From positions 84,816,001 to 84,880,000 of the forward strand of contig OX597825.1 of assembly GCA_951406725.2 (NCBI GenBank): a stretch of 64,000 nt of DNA. Reading direction: 5' to 3'. Shown here one piece after another: positions 12,523 through 27,689 of the stretch (positions are counted from its first letter, which is position 1; each line of letters opens with the position of its first letter). Position numbers and translations under genes: made by a program. The stretch comes from Octopus vulgaris. Lineage: Eukaryota. Below the pieces are notes generated by a model. The model searched no databases. It saw only the letters and a program-made list of their open reading frames with translations, and was not told where the DNA came from.

Positions 12523-12699
12523 ACTGAGGTAACTCATCCAGAAGTTATACAGAAATAAACAGAAGAGTGCGATAATTGGCATGTGAAATTAGTTAACCAA
12601 AAAAACCAAAAGAAGTGAAGTAAACTGACATATAATTTTGGAACCTGTGGAAGGCAGGCTAGATGCCGAATTATCGTTCAACTAATTTCACATGACAAC

Positions 12700-12900
<201 letters not shown>

Positions 12901-12961
12901 ATGATAAAACAACATTGAAAAATACCTTAGGAATGAGAACCTTGGTTCGAAATTTCCCCAA

Positions 12962-13003
12962 GACACCGGATGAAGGCTGGAGGGATATATCAGCCGAAAC
13001 GTT
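12962..13003 (+). ncRNA. Degenerate minimal hammerhead motif
   Basis: GACAC-CGGATGA-A-GGCTG..CAGCC-GAAAC-GTT. Helix II is a perfect 5 bp; U4 is mutated and the helix I 3' strand is missing. Confidence 0.5.
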
Positions 13004-13130
13004 AACAACGAGATGAGGACAAACATCTGTCAAATGTAAATAATATAAATAACGTACATAATTCCTCATGTCTTAAATATTGAAATGAGCTTTATACTGT
13101 ATTCTAGCAGGTTTTTAACAGAATATGACA

Positions 13131-13186
<56 letters not shown>

Positions 13187-13257
13187 TACATAGAAAGTTA
13201 GAAAAATATATACATACATATATCCATAAATACATACATACAGAAACGTCCATATTT

Positions 13258-13337
<80 letters not shown>

Positions 13338-13550
13338 AACACGTACATTAATGTGTATATCTATATAGATATGTGTGTGTATGTGCGTGTGTGTGATTGT
13401 GTGTGCATAGCAACATAGCTTCATAGATAGACAGCGTGATGCATTACCAGATGTTTGTATTCATATATTTATATATTTGAGGGTACTTTTGTGCATGCGT
13501 GTGTGTGTGTGTGTGTGTGTTTGTACGTACGTGTGTTTGTGCGTTTTAGG

Positions 13551-13588
<38 letters not shown>

Positions 13589-13718
13589 TTGTATTGGAGA
13601 AGCGCAGCATCAATGAAAATATGTTGATAACACTCTAGATTACCGCAAAAAGTCGAAGATAAATGACAGATCACTCGGAACCGAGATATCATATCTTATA
13701 ATAGATACTCTCTCAGTG

Positions 13719-13789
<71 letters not shown>

Positions 13790-13793
13790 TAGT

Positions 13794-13852
<59 letters not shown>

Positions 13853-14519
13853 ATAGATATGTATGTATGTATGTGTATATATATATATGTATATATATAT
13901 ATTTATTTATATATATATATATATACATATATGTATATATATACATGTGTATATACATATTCATACATATATGTATATGTTCATATATACGCATACACAC
14001 GCGGGGACAAACACACACACACACACGGCCATATTTCCAATTCCCTTTCCTTCTCAGTTGCATATAGACATAATGGTATTCGTGAACACTATAGCAGACT
14101 TTGATAGCAAGTACGGTACCATTGTTAGTTTTCTTTCATTCAATATGTTCTAGAATTTATGATTTATCATCGACAGTAATAATGCATTTGGAAACTCTTT
14201 GGAATCTTCCAACGGTGCTGTGTGTGTGTCACTCTTTGGTTTAGACATATTAATTTGCAAACATGATATTTCGGGTTCGATTCCACTGCTCAGGAACTTG
14301 ATAAAGTATCTTCGAATATAGCGTCGGTTCAACAAAATAATGCTCAATGAAAATTGGTTGATGGAAATTATGCAGAATTCCATAAAAAATTATTGTTCCT
14401 GTTCTTCTAGGACACCCTGTTCCTGATCTAGGCTGTAGATCTGTTCCTGTTCGTGTACATAGAGGTGGATGCAGCCCGTTTCCATATTAAGTAATAACAA
14501 TACATGGATTTTATCTGTG

Positions 14520-17025
14520 TTGAGAAAGCTTCAGAATGACGGAAAGAACACGATACAGAATAATAAAGATGAAAACAAACAACTGTTGGCCAAGCGACAC
14601 GACATAATCATCAAATATCAGCGAAATTAGTAAAATGGGATGCGATTTGAAGGTAGAGAAAGGAAATGTTTGCTGTTATATTTAATGCCGGCAGTATATA
14701 AATTCTAAGTAGAAATATGTATGTGGTGAGGAAAAGACATTTGTTGAAAATCTAGCATTATTTCAATCATTTCAGAAACTGAGGTCTAAGACACTGCAGA
14801 GTAGATTACTTTATTATTAAAACTCGCCAAAAAAACTTTGGCTATGTGAAAATGACAAGGCATAGAATATATTCCTATAATAGAACGCATAAAACAGTAA
14901 TGTTAATTGCATGTCTTCAGCAGAATGCAACTCTTTGCAAACCTTCAGACATGGTGTCTGCACTGAGCAGAAGGTTTTCAATTCCACCCACTCTTGGAAA
15001 GTATTATTACCATTGCCTTCCCTCATTTGACAATGCCATGAATCTTTTGCCTTTTAAAATTCCTGAATAATGCAACCTGATTTCGCTTCTACATACATCT
15101 TTGTCGATTAACAAAACAGATAGAGCGGCACACATATCATTTTCTAATGCTTAGATATCGAGTTCCAATCTCCTTTGACTTACCTCCGTTGTTCAGTATT
15201 CCAATGTAGCGGATAAAAATTACAAACAAAATCATTTGAATCGCTTTTGCTCATCCTCAAAATATGTCACACTTTCTGCCTTCTTTATAAATTGAATTGT
15301 TGCTGCATTACAGGATTCCATATGCAATATACATGTCTTGTGTTTTATCGTTATTTTGGAAACAGATCAACTGATTTGGTTCCAACCATTAACATTACTT
15401 GTTTTGACATATTTCAACGACTAATGACTCTTTGGCTAAGACAGACGACACAAAATGTTTTCTATAGAAGTTGTAATTTAGCTGCTGGTTTACTCTGGTC
15501 AAGAAGCTCACTGGTCATGGATATTTCAGTCGCAAGCATTTCGTCCTTTCGTATATCGAGGACAAGTTTTTCTTTCTATTTTTTTTTCAAATGGCAGAAT
15601 GTAAGCCGGGAATGTTTTAACTGCTAGTTTTAGCACATCTAGCAAACTCTCGGGTATTTCCCAACTTAATTCTATTATTTCTTTAGCATAACATACTCTA
15701 CTTTTAAATTGCAGGCTATGGTTTCAGAAACATTCAACCGCTAGATTTAGTAGACCTATGGAGCAATCAAATGCTTTGTTTATGCCCATAGCATGTGGTT
15801 TCAATACTTTAAAAATGAATGATGGCGCAAATAAAGAAATATCGACCCGCAAATCAGATATTTACTATATAGAGAGAAATACTCCATTGAAGGTAATATG
15901 ACTGCTTGTAATCTATAAAGAAGTGACAAGAGTTTGTTCTGGTTAGAAACACCCTAGGTTTATTCTGAAATAAAACCAAGAAAATCTGACGTAAATCATC
16001 TTCAATCGAGGGAAAATGAAAATCTATATCCACACCGAAGACAGTAATATTTTAATACTGGGAAAAGTAAAATGGTGGTAATTTGAGAAAGGTGGATAGC
16101 GCCATGTTGTAAGGTAATGAGGAATATAAATAAATTTTACGGTTTTTCTAGCAATACAGTTTCACAAATGTCTTTCTCTTTTGTTGTATGTGTTTATAGA
16201 AAATGGAACGTTATGCTGCTTCATTGAATCGTGGTGTTAATTTATAAATGTTAAGATTCTTGGAAGAAATAAGAGTATCGTAATAATGCTAGAAGAAATA
16301 CATAAACTGGAAGACAACAGTAAATTTGCTTCGATGGAATTGAAGACGTCTTGAACAACCATGCAATAATAATCGATTTTGTAGAAGTAACAGCTATTGT
16401 GGCTTAGAATCATTGATGCTCACTCTTCCGACATTCAGAAAACGAAAAGATTTGAAAAGTATATTTAAAAGATGAGACAACATCATTGTATATATTCGGA
16501 AAAATTTTATTCAGGTTGTTAACCTCCCTGGACGAAGAATAGTTTCTAACACTGAATATACTTATATACAAAAACTGTGGTATTTGTTTCTAAAGGAAAA
16601 TTGTGAGGCAACACTAATAAAGGAGAAACTACAGAAGAAAAAGCGAAAGTACAAAGTTGAGAAAGCTTCAGCTTGAGGGAAATGGAATGATTGCGATACA
16701 GAACAAAATCCGAGGAAACAAATTAACGTTCACCAAAGGACTTGACATTATCACTTAAACAATTAATAAAATGGGTAAATTATGTTATATTGAATGCAGG
16801 AATTATAAAAATTCTAAGTAGAAATATATATATGATGAAGAAAGGATAACATTGTTTTTCAAAAACTAGCATTATTTTAATTATTCCGGAAGCTGGAAGG
16901 AAAGACAATACAGAGCAGATTTCTTTATTATTAAAGCTCCTCAGAGATGCATGGGTTTTTTCAAGACAAGTAGGTATAAAATATTAGCATAATGAAACTC
17001 AAAAATTTGTAATGTTAAGAACTGA
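14520..17025 (+). repeat. Diverged ~380-bp direct repeat pair (14520-14910 and 16658-17025)
   Basis: Colinear shared blocks TTGAGAAAGCTTCAG, CGATACAGAA, AATTCTAAGTAGAAATAT, CTAGCATTATTT, CTTTATTATTAAA, GTAATGTTAA. Confidence 0.8.
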
Positions 17026-17039
17026 ATGCCACGTCAGGC

Positions 17040-17450
17040 CATGATTACCCCTGAGTATTTTAGGGATCTCTGCCAATGCATTCTCGCAAATGTCATTCTC
17101 ATTTGCCATGTGAGATTATTTCTCGACTATTTGTGGGTCCAAGTGGAATTTCTCGACTATTTGTGGGTCCAAGTGGCATGTAACATCAACTATATACCAT
17201 ATGTGGTGCACCTTGTCCACCTCCACTAGGTACAGTCTATTATGCTATAGCACTTGATCTGTTTGAAGTGGGAAATCCCGGAGGATTTTGCTCGTCTCCG
17301 ACTCCACCACTCTCTGCGGTTTCTACTCATACCACGTCTTTTCTGTCTCTAGACCTTTTGCACAGTCTCCAATGTAGCACTTTCGATACCTGGTCATGTC
17401 GCTACATCTTGTGGTTTTGGGCAAGTGTAGGGCATACGTTCGTGAAACGG
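17040..17450 (-). mobile_element. R4/Dong-clade non-LTR retrotransposon remnant (RLE endonuclease region)
   Basis: CPTLAQ..RHDQVSKVLHWRLCK..WYE*KPQRVVESETSKILRDFPLQTD..HNRLYLVEVDK..IVDVTCHLD; includes a 29-bp tandem duplication at 17118-17176. Confidence 0.85.
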
Positions 17451-17519
17451 GTAATGTTGTTATAGCAACAGAAAGAACAAAAACAATCAACAAAATAAGC
17501 AAAAACGATTACAAGAACA

Positions 17520-17960
<441 letters not shown>

Positions 17961-18506
17961 GTAGGAGGAAGTAGAGCGGGAAGAAGAGAAAAAGTAAGAA
18001 GAGAGAGAGGAGGGAGAGAAGGGAAAGGAGGGAGAAGACAAGGGGAATGAGAAGGAAGAGAGGAAGAAGAAGAAGAGGACATGGACGGCGACGACGATGA
18101 TGGCACGAATAAATTCGACTGCAATTCTTGTTCGTATAGCAGCGCAACAGCTGTTTGAAAGATGAGAAAAGGATTTTAAATTCACTTGGAAGAGATTAAA
18201 TTTGAAAAGCTTGGAGAAAGCAAGTGAGATGAAGGAAGAAAGAGAATCGAGAAATAGGTTTACGTTACGAGATTATATTAATAGTAAAATTGAATGAAAA
18301 GAGATTTGGTAGTTTAATGAGAAACAAAAGACAGAATGAAAGAGAGTCGGAGAAAGAGAGAGAAAGAGAGAGAGAGAGAGAGGGGATAGAAAGAGACAGC
18401 CACAAGGAGAGGTAGAGTAAAGAGGAAGACGTGTTTTGGAAATTGAGGAAATTGCATGTACGTTCGAACATGTAAGATAGAGAAGGAATAAAAAAAAACA
18501 GAGTAA

Positions 18507-18631
<125 letters not shown>

Positions 18632-18987
18632 AATTTAAATAGAATGGCATGTAGCCAGAATTTAGGATTTCGTATTCTACCTTATATAAGTGTGTTGGGG
18701 GAGAAGTTAGCGAAGAGAACTCTTGTACTATAGTCTAAGATTCCTTTCATTGGCCTACATCGTTAGAAAGAGCTCATTTAGGAAAACAAAATGTTACAAG
18801 GTTACACTGGGAAAAAAAGCTTGTTGAGTCACTTCGTATATTCTTTATTTACGTCATCGTACACGTGTTTCAGCGAAGTTAATGATAGAATTGTGGAACT
18901 CAGACCTAGTAAATTTTCTAGATCCTCACTTCGGCAGAGATTCCTACCAATGTTACGAATCTAGTTTTGTGTTTTTCATACATGATG

Positions 18988-19034
<47 letters not shown>

Positions 19035-19789
19035 TTGTTATAGTGTCTTTGAAATAGACGGAGAAAGGAAGGGAAATTTTACCAGAATTGAAATATAGAT
19101 ATGGGGGAAATAGAATTAAATGTCAACTAACGTGAGTGAAGGAAGAGAAGTGAGAAGCACTGCATTTGAATGTAAAGTTTTATTTGAAGGGAATTTCATG
19201 GAAAAACACAGCATTTACTGATAAGGATAATCAGAATTGAAAATGGAGTCAAAGAACTCGTCGGAATTTCATTTACGATGAAACATCTAAGAATAACACC
19301 ACCACCACCACCACCACCACAACCACCACCACCAAAACCGTGCACCACTATGCTCTTGGTTCATGTAACATAAGTGTCTGCCTCGTGGAGTCTTGGAGTT
19401 GCTTGGCTGTTGTATATAGGCGTTATAACAGAAGCTTCAGATCGGAATGATGTGTGTTAGGTTCGGGAGGTGGTCGTGACACGAGAAAATGTATTAACTG
19501 TCACAATTTGCTTTCATATGAGTATATATGCATGTTTATACATACGCATATATAATTATATCTGTATGTCAGCATGTGTGTGTGTGTGCATGTCTATATA
19601 TCTTTTCACTTGCTTCGGCATAAACTCTGTGGCCATGCTGGGGCACCACCAGAATTATCACCCTTTCAATGGCCATTCTCTTGTGATTGGCACTTGATGA
19701 AGGCGGGAGTTCGATATTGTTGCTGCCTTGTAAGATACTTGATCTGATGTGGCTTCACCCTGAGTTCTTTGGCAGCAGGCGATCAAGAT

Positions 19790-20335
19790 GATATTTCTTG
19801 AAAACATCTACCCCTACCCCACGTAGATATCTCAGATATTTTGACAACATATTAAATACCAGTGGACCTTTGAAACGTGTATTATTCCATAAATGTAGTT
19901 TAAATTAATTTATGATTGTGATAGCAAATCGAACCAGCATTACGATTATATCTCACCAGTCAAGTTCACATCTAGACTACGGCACCCGATACACAAACCA
20001 CTAAATGTTCAATTATATAACTTAAATAATGCTTAAACGATGCAATATGGCAGCCAGAGGAAATTTGAACTTTCAATTGTTTCTGGAGTCATATTGTGTT
20101 TTAAATGACGACATTGTAACAACGGGTGAATAATAGGTATTCATACAAAGAGGTGAGATAAGTTCAATCACAAGTCTTTCCTGTGAGCATCGATACCAGG
20201 GAGACAAGGTTAAATCTTAACAAAAACATCAAAGCATGTGGCAGTCAATACCTGAAGAGGTTTCAATGAAAGGAGAAGAATAGAGAAAATATTACTCGTA
20301 TTTCAACCATTGACACCTGTTATCGGTTATGACTG
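19790..20335 (+). mobile_element. Internally deleted Penelope-like element (RT, GIY-YIG and HHR remnants)
   Basis: RYLRYFDNI (19825-51), SHLDY/HPIHK, FNC..K*RHCNN, then CAGTCA..CTGAAGA-GGTTTCAATG...CATTGACACC..TGACTG (20242-20335) with the GAAA box lost. Confidence 0.6.
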
Positions 20336-21034
20336 TGTTTCAGTCAGACCGTATATCGTATGTGTTTATGTATTTGGATATGTATGTATACTAACGTGAA
20401 TTGTAACATATATACCTCCATTCATTATATATTTATAGATATTAATATATGTGTGTATATCTGTCTCTCTTCACACACATACGCACATAGATATATGTAT
20501 GTATGTATGTATGTATGTATTTATGTAGTCTAGGAAACATTAAATGATTTGTGTTTTTATTGATTTTCCTTTTTTTTCGTTTTTGCCCCTTTTCAAATGT
20601 CTCTCTCCTTCCGTCTGACTTTTTTTGGTTACTCGATACTTGATACATGTTTGTATGTATATACATACATATTAATATATGTGTGGGCATGTGAACCTAT
20701 CCACTCACACATATACACGCACACATATACATATATAGAGTCCATCTAAACATACCGAAACGCATGCGCAGATGTCTGTGTGTATGTTTGTACGTATGAC
20801 GTTGAGTCAGAATATCATACAATGTTTAATTGTACCATTTTTTGAGTCGAACTTGTAAGCATATATGCTTCGATGTATGTATGCATGCATATATGTATGT
20901 ATGAATGATGTATGTATGTATGTATGTATTTAAGTATGTATATATGTAACTATGTATGTACGCATGTATGTATGAATATATGTATTTATTTAAGTATGTA
21001 TGTATGTTTATATGTATGTATGAAAGTATCTATC

Positions 21035-21079
<45 letters not shown>

Positions 21080-21405
21080 AGAAAATGGAGAAATACATCC
21101 AAATCAAATATCAACTACCAGATAATACCCAATCACATACTTTATTAAACCACTACATAAGAAACTTTAAGGTCAAACATAATAATATATGACAAAACAG
21201 TGTACATAAAGGAGTGTACATAAAGGAGTAATATGATACAATAAGTACAATATCTATAAGAGAATATAAATATAAATAAATATAAATATAAATATAAATA
21301 TAAATATATTTATAATAAGTGCAGATCGTATAGGAGTAGGTATATATTTATAAAAAAGAAGTTTGAAAACGCCAATATATAAAATAAATTTTTATTTTCT
21401 TAGAA

Positions 21406-21451
21406 ATTTTACGTTTCGGTTCTTCTTGAAAAAACGAACCTTATCAAAAAT
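21406..21451 (-). ncRNA. Degenerate minimal hammerhead motif
   Basis: Minus strand ATTT-TTGATAA-GGTTC..GAACC-GAAAC-GTA-AAAT; two core substitutions. Confidence 0.4.
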
Positions 21452-23450
21452 ATTTTTTTAAGTAAAGTGTATATATATATATATATATATATTAGTATAC
21501 ATCTATTAGTATATGCATATGTGTGCGTGGCTGTATGTATTTATATATAAACATATATAAAAACAATTATATACACAAAATATATGTATATATATATAAT
21601 ACGTATGTGTGTGTCTATATGTATATATTTATGTATGTATGTAGATACACTTATAAAGTATTATATTTGGGTTTGCTTCGACGACCCCCTACGTTCTTAC
21701 AAACACCTCCTCAGCGTATCCAGCTCCATTTATACATTCCTATTGCATAGGCTTCATGAGACACGTAGCCATGAGCACGGCTGACTCACAAACAGACCAA
21801 ACACACGAACTTGTGTGCAGTGTATGTGGATGCTCAAACAACTATGGCCTATAACTGTAGTTATTTATCAACTTATAGATCACGTGGTCATTCAGTAAAT
21901 TTCCAGGAGAAACACGCTTCATATGCAATGCTCTGTTTCCAAAGTAAAGAAAGAGACTGATATATTTCGTTCGTGTAATAAGAACACCACCAAATAACCA
22001 TGTAGCCCTGGGCTTCTGCCAAGATTTGCTCCACGCCAGGTCACATGACAGACTATATTGAGAACTAAATGCAGTTGCAAAGAGTAAAGCCGTGTTGCGC
22101 TAATGGTCTTTTCTATTTAGCGTTCTCCAGGCTCTCAAATAGATGAACAATCCATTCAAACCAAATCTAATCTGAATGCTCAATGTGAGATATTGCATGG
22201 GAAATGCAAGACGGTCAACAACGGTCCACACAACATTCTGAATGGTACATCAACGAAACATATCCTTCTATTTTATTTCTAATAGCGTGACCCACCTGAA
22301 TACGAGCCACATCTCACCCGGCCCGCTTGTAGGGAAGAAATTGCCTATGGCCGTTCTAATCTAATGAGATGAAAAATTTAACAGCGATGATGACCAGTTT
22401 AGTCAAAAAATGGAGGTGATATATATGTCTGTAAGTTCAACCCGGTGTTTCATGGATAACCTCCTGCTCATTGTTTTGTTGGGCAACAATCTCCACCCTA
22501 TTTGTTACGATGCCCCACTTGCTTTGTCTCTGAATATCTGCGCACTCAGTTCTGTACAGAACACTGACCATCGCTATGGAATATCTTCGCCATTCAGCTA
22601 ACCACAAAACTTTTACTTATCCGATTAGAAATTATATTTAAAAAAAGTATTTTATGGCACAAACATTTCTGTTTCTGAAAACAAGAAAAAAAACGATATA
22701 AAATAGATTGATATAACCTGAAGAAATTACTGGTATTAAGATACTCGCAAATATAATGTTTATTTTTTCATCTGCATCTAACAAAGTTGGATCTAATACA
22801 TTCTGATTCCGGATGGCTTCTTCTCCAATTAATTTGCAGTTCCCGTCATTACTAGGTTTACTAATTAACTTATAGACATATGGAATATTTATTGAAATTA
22901 ATGGTTTAACATCAAACAAAATTTGCTTCCTATTATATGTCAGTCGTTTAATTATGTCTCGATTAATTATCTACCAAATAACTTATCGAACAAACTACCA
23001 AATAACTTATCGCACAAACATATTCACATACATAGAATGAGACCAAAATTATACACACATACGCACATTTATAATTTCATTGTTATTTTACTCAGTACTA
23101 CCTCGTTAATTTGCGTCCGAAATTTATACCATATATATATATATATATACATACATACTTACATACAGACATTCATAAATGTATATATATATATGTATGT
23201 ATGTGTATGTATGTATGAATCTATACAATATACATACACTGTAGAATATGAATATACATGTATTCTAAGTGTATGTTAAAAGTGTTTGTCTTTCATTTGA
23301 AATATACACAGATGCTCTTATCTATTGTTATACACCCACACACACATAGAGATTCATTTATTTATACACAGGCCATAAAACACTCACGAACATATGTATG
23401 CATATATATATATGCATACATACACAAATAAAAATACACATACACGTATG

Positions 23451-23540
<90 letters not shown>

Positions 23541-23792
23541 GCAAATAGGAAAATGGAGAGAATACAGAATCGAGAGATACAAGCCAGTAGACATTCTAGT
23601 ATATCTATTTATTCAAAAGTATTAGAAAATATTAGAAGAATACCAATGTAAGAACAATGTGTTAAACACACGAACTAATATTAAGAAGAGCAAAAGAGCA
23701 AAAGATCAGATCGTCAGTGATAGGTACTGTTCCATTGTGGTTGGTTTCCCAACCTCTAACACACAAACACACGCATACATGCATATATATGC

Positions 23793-23823
<31 letters not shown>

Positions 23824-23829
23824 AGCTCG

Positions 23830-24045
23830 CCGGTGACACGCAAATGGCACCCGTGCAGGTGATATATAACAGCACCAATTACGCTCTCGGACGGTTGACG
23901 TTAGGAAGGGCATCCAGCTGCAGGAAACCATGACAAATCACACTGGAGTATGCTGCAGCATCACAGCGCACCAGTCCTCCCAGAAAAAGAATGAGCAGGA
24001 TGTTATCCATGAAACACCGGACAATGAGCGTTGAATGATGATGCT
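23830..24045 (+). mobile_element. SINE 3' fragment with GGAAGGGCATCCAGC motif
   Basis: GTTGACGTTAGGAAGGGCATCCAGCTG block, typical of RTE-associated SINEs; ends in (GAT)n. Confidence 0.55.
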
Positions 24046-24084
24046 GATGATTATGTGTATATTATTCAGGTAGAATACTTTTAA

Positions 24085-24420
24085 AAGTGACAGAAGTTTC
24101 GGTCAGCTAAGCCCTCATGGGTCAGCGACCCATTAAAGTTAACCTTAGCTTTCCTCACAGTTATCTTAAAGTATTCCTTGATTTTAATGGAGTGGCAATT
24201 AGCCTGTCGGGTTGCTTGTTATGAAGAGATGTTTTGGAGACATTTTTATTGGTGAAATTTATGGTTTTGTTTACCAAGCTTGAAAAGAATCCAAATCGAT
24301 GGTCTGAAGTTTATGCAGTTAGCAGAGGCCAGCGATTCGGATTCTTTTCCGGGGTTATTCCAGTATAGAGCACCGAGGAACAGAAATAACAGTGAAATAT
24401 CGATATCGGTAATCCTCGAT
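24085..24420 (-). mobile_element. Penelope-like 3' remnant (GIY-YIG plus HHR-like motif)
   Basis: Minus strand FHCYFCSSVLYTGIT and IKIKEYFKITVRKAKVN, followed by TGAC-CCATGA-GG..CC-GAAAC..GTCA. Confidence 0.6.
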
Positions 24421-24700
24421 CAACTCCAGGGCGATTCGTTTAACCGGCTTTTGAAGTATGCTTTATTTCTTAAAACTCTAACTCTTTGAAGGGATTTTCC
24501 CTGGACGAAATGCCGCAGTCTAAAAGCATTTAACAAGACACACACGTTAAGTATATGTGACATTGATCGTGTTTATATTATAGAGCTGCTTCGAACACGG
24601 AATATACACACATGCATACACACACACAAAATAAAGCATATTACTCTACCACTGGTATTTGAGTACTCTTTCTTCCAGTTTCACATTTAATGTTTACTCC

Positions 24701-24763
<63 letters not shown>

Positions 24764-24812
24764 CATACATGTATACATACATATATACATACATAAATAT
24801 ATATATACATAC

Positions 24813-25230
24813 AGGCTCAGGAGTGGCTATGTGGTAAGTAACTTGCTTACCAACCACATGGTTCCGTGTTCAGTCTCACTACATGGCACCTAGGTATGTG
24901 TCTTCTACTATAGCCTCGGGCCAAAGACTTGTGAGTGGATTTGGTAAGCGAAAGTGAAAGAATCCCGTCGTATATGTATATATATGTGTATGTGTGTGTG
25001 TGTACGTGTGTGTGCGTGTATATGTTTGTGTGTCTGTATTTGTTCCCCGCCATCTCTTGACAACCGATGTTAGTGTGTTTACGTCCCCGTAAACTAGCGG
25101 CTTGGCAAAAGAGACCGATAGAATAAGTACAAAGCTTACAAAGAATAAGTCATGGGGTCAATTTGCTCGAATAAAGGCGCTGCTCCAGCACCGCCGCAGT
25201 CAAATGACTGAAACAAAACAATAAAAGAAT
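24813..25230 (+). mobile_element. Full-length SINE family B
   Basis: Colinear with 12120-12522. Confidence 0.92.
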
Positions 25231-26040
25231 ATATGTATATGTACGTATGTATATATATATATATATATATACATACTCATATATATATACACACATACAC
25301 ACACATGTATATATGTATAGATATATAAATGGATAGATAAATACATACATATACAAACACACACAAATATATTTATATATGCACTTGTAGATACATATGT
25401 GCATATATACCTATACACACACACACGCACTAATATTAATATATATACGTCTATAGATACACACACACACACACTAACACTTATCTCTATGTATGTATGT
25501 GTGTATATGAAATATATATGCGTCATTATGATGGATTTCGTTCGACGATTGCAAGCACGCATCCATATTGATTCGAAAAGATAGTCGGAGGTGGCTAACC
25601 CCAGCAAAACACACACACACATTGCAGTTCACTAAACAATACTATTACACGTTTCACTAACCTCATACATATGGATGCGTTATTGTGAACGAAGGAGAGT
25701 TCTTCGGTGTTTCCTCTTCTGTTTAATGTAACGTTCGAAGCAGTTTATTGTCTGTTAATATTTACAGAAATACAATTATTTCTTATCGACTTAAACTCTC
25801 TAGTTTATAAACTGTGAATAATACGATACATCTCTGTTTAATATCACGTAAAATCGCCAACATAATAGGTATTATTTTGTTCGTGTCGTAGTGACTATCA
25901 GAAGGCACTTATCATTAAATACGCATTTAAATTAGCAGAGAACAGATTCTTTTTCAAGGCGCCTATTTTCGCTTGAAATTGTTCTACTTCATCCTGGCCA
26001 TTCACTTGGTTAGCATGAAGTCAGTTACAAAGCTAATCCA

Positions 26041-26455
26041 CCTATTTCTTTACTACCCACAAGGGGCTAACACAGAAGGGACAAACGAGGACAGACAAAG
26101 AAATTAAGTCGATTACATCGACCCCAGTGTGTACCTGGTACTTATTCAATCGATCCCGAAAGAATGAAAGCAAAGTCGACCTCGGCGGAATTTGAACTCA
26201 GAACGTAGCGGCAGACGAAATACCTATTTCTTTACGACCCACAAGGAGCTAAACACAGAGAGTACAAACATAGACAGACGAACGGATTAAGTCGATTATA
26301 TCGACCCTAGTGCGTATCTGGTACTTAATTTATCGACCCCGAAAGGATGAAATGCAAAGTCGACCTCGGCGGAATTTGAAATCAGAACGTAGCGGCAGAC
26401 GAATTACTGCTAAGCATTTCGCCCGGCGTGCTAACGGTTCTGCCAGCTCGCAGCT
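26041..26455 (-). mobile_element. SINE family A dimer with 19-bp TSD
   Basis: Two cores, junction at 26223/26224; TTACAAAGCTAATCCACCT at 26025-43 and 26456-74. Confidence 0.93.
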
Positions 26456-26919
26456 TTACAAAGCTAATCCACCTCTACATTCTGTTGCAACTCTTTGGTT
26501 TTACTACCGCTACTACAACATCCTCTGTTCCACGAAATTTGCTATTACTGTGCTGTCTCTGGTCGATTCTCTTTCACTCAACACCCGTATTGTATTCAAC
26601 CAATACGTCCATCCTTCTTTCCCGCGCAGACTATTTTGGTCTCGCACTCGTTTCAAAACAACGTCGTGGGTATCTATGTCACCGATGTCACGGTGTCGGC
26701 GAAGGCCATCAAACGGATACAACCTCCAGACAAAAGTATTAACGATCATTCGATACTAATAACTTTGCCTGATCCGATAAATTCGATCTCTGTCTATGTG
26801 AAAATCTCTTTTTAAATGACATTTAGATAATTTTATCAATCAAGGTAACCAAGCGGTGTCTCGATCGCGACATTCTCAGTTTTCTGACCAACCAGTTACG
26901 TTAACATATTTTTGTTTAG

Positions 26920-27094
26920 TCGTCATTATCATCACCACCACTATCGTCACCACCACCAAAACCACCACCACCACTACGAACATCAACATAGCAATTGTTA
27001 CCGTCGTCGTCATCATTCTCTCATCATCATCGTCATCCTCCTCCTCCTCCTCATCATCATCATCATCATCATCATCATCTTCATCATCATCGTT

Positions 27095-27133
<39 letters not shown>

Positions 27134-27385
27134 TTCATCATCATCGTCATGATCATCATCATCATCATCATCACCACCATCATCATCATCATCATCATCA
27201 TCATCGTCATCGTCGTCGTCATCGTCATCCTCATCATCATCCTCATCGCCATCTTCTTCCTCATAATCATCATTATCATCATCATCATCATCATCTTCAC
27301 CATCGTCGTCGTCGTCATCAACGTCGTCGTCATCATCATCATCATCATCAACATGATAATCATCGTCATCATCATCACCATCTTC
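26920..27385. repeat. (CAT)n compound microsatellite
   Basis: Direct reading. Confidence 0.97.
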
Positions 27386-27689
27386 ACACTTGTAGAGATA
27401 TCACATATCTCATATAATCAACTTCAGGATTCCGTTCGATTTAGTAATTAACAAATTCACTCCTTGAAGATATTGCGTTATTAAAATGTCCTCTATCCTT
27501 AAGAATCAGGTTTCTCCAATTTTATCAAATTCATTTATTTATTCGTTTATTTATTTATTTATTCATTCGTTCTTATGGTTCATGGCGAAGTCAACGAACT
27601 CAGGAAATGATACAGATTCACAGACAAATTTCGCTTCGATTGTGAGTTTCGTCTTTGCAGCTCGTCGATATAAGCACCAGTAATATTGG

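Noticed and set aside
15176-15330. Strong minus-strand donor GAG|GTAAGT at 15184
   Set aside because: No convincing acceptor or recognisable open frame upstream; insufficient support.
21660-22920. Possible L1/Tx1 remnant and the 93-aa ORF at 22638-22919
   Set aside because: Only a faint HCTQVRVF resemblance; cannot be supported without a search.
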